Source of the DNA: Eledone cirrhosa
Lineage: Eukaryota
DNA length: 64,000 nucleotides
NCBI GenBank assembly: GCA_964016885.1
Contig: OZ024740.1
Location: 82,088,001-82,152,000 of the forward strand
Direction: 5' to 3'
The position numbers and the translations under genes were made by a program. Positions 63,185 to 64,000 of the stretch are shown piece by piece (the first letter of the stretch is position 1; the number at the start of each line of letters is the position of its first letter). Under the pieces are notes generated by a model. The model searched no databases, was not told where the DNA came from, and saw only the letters and a program-made list of their open reading frames with translations.

Positions 63185-64000
63185 GATTTCTTTATTAACC
63201 ACAAGGGTTTACATAAAGTAGACATTAAGGACAGTGCAGGACAATACAGGACGGTACAAATGGGCATTTCTGCGTGTAAAAACCAAAAACAGAGGATGTA
63301 ACAAAAAAATAACAATGAAAAATTCCCCAATAGGGGGGAGACTTCCGAGGGACATTTGTGGAGAAAGCCCATTAAAAGGCCACGGTAACCCTGACCACTA
63401 GAGCAAGTGCCCTCTCCCAGTTTTCCACCTTTAATTTACAGACAGATACTCAGAGTAGGCCCATTCACTCGGGCCATACTTGCTTCTCTCACCCATCTTT
63501 CAAAAAAATGCTGGGAAGAGAGCACATCCCTCTCTACCCTGATTTTCCTTTTCAAATGAAATTTGAAAAAGTTAATCAGGGCATCACCGAAAAGGTAAGT
63601 GCTCGTCTTCAGCCCTTTCAAACGTGTCCACCATACTATCTCTTTCGCCATGGCTACCAGACAGATAAAAACTGCCTACCCTTCCCGGCTAAAGGAAGAA
63701 GGCGGGGCAATCCTCACGATGGACTCCGCTCATAGCTGGATCCCTCCTACACGTGACAGCAGGTGTTCGAAATAAACCCACAAGTCAGCAATTTTCGGAC
63801 ACTGGACGAGTGCGTGCAGGACGGCTTCGTCGCCCTGCGCGCATCTCGGACATGCCCGGCTGACGCCACCTCCATGCCTGTAGAGTTTATCCCGAACTGG
63901 CAAAGCTCCTCGGTAGCACTGCCAGGCCAGGGATTTCTGGAAGTTGTCCATAGGCCCCGGCCCGAAAGTTCTTCCGAAGAGATTGGCTAGTTGATTTTCG
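63185..64000 (-). mobile_element. 3' end of a second copy of the Tx1/L1 element (continues beyond window)
   Basis: Highly similar to 56153-56960; 3' end abuts (AAT)n; in-frame stop at ~63730. Confidence 0.95.

Overview
Eukaryotic, AT-rich, microsatellite-laden repeat DNA. The SINE/LINE/Helitron complement and (TA)n density suggest a cephalopod such as Octopus (inference). No host gene could be supported. Conventional content: Tx1/L1-clade LINEs (one full-length copy with intact 1139-aa ORF2 between (AAT)n tracts), RTE-type LINEs, a CRE-like RLE element, R4/Dong-like 3' fragments, several Helitrons, a Tc1/mariner relic, tRNA-derived SINEs and Penelope-like (PLE) relics. The main hidden signal is that the 'satellites' and many short inter-(TA)n segments carry type I hammerhead ribozyme (HHR) folds, i.e. 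retrozyme/PLE-pLTR-like units. I count about 8-10 apparently unrelated families and about 30 motif copies. They include a near-perfect 483-bp x ~8.8 array with 9 intact HHRs and a ~632-bp x ~15 array whose dimeric higher-order repeat alternates intact and core-mutated HHRs. Several families use the compensatory U3-A8 core, and several have a U.U mismatch at 10.1-11.1. Most are anchored in (TA)n and many carry an inverted terminal arm. All folds were derived by eye, and cleavage activity is untested.
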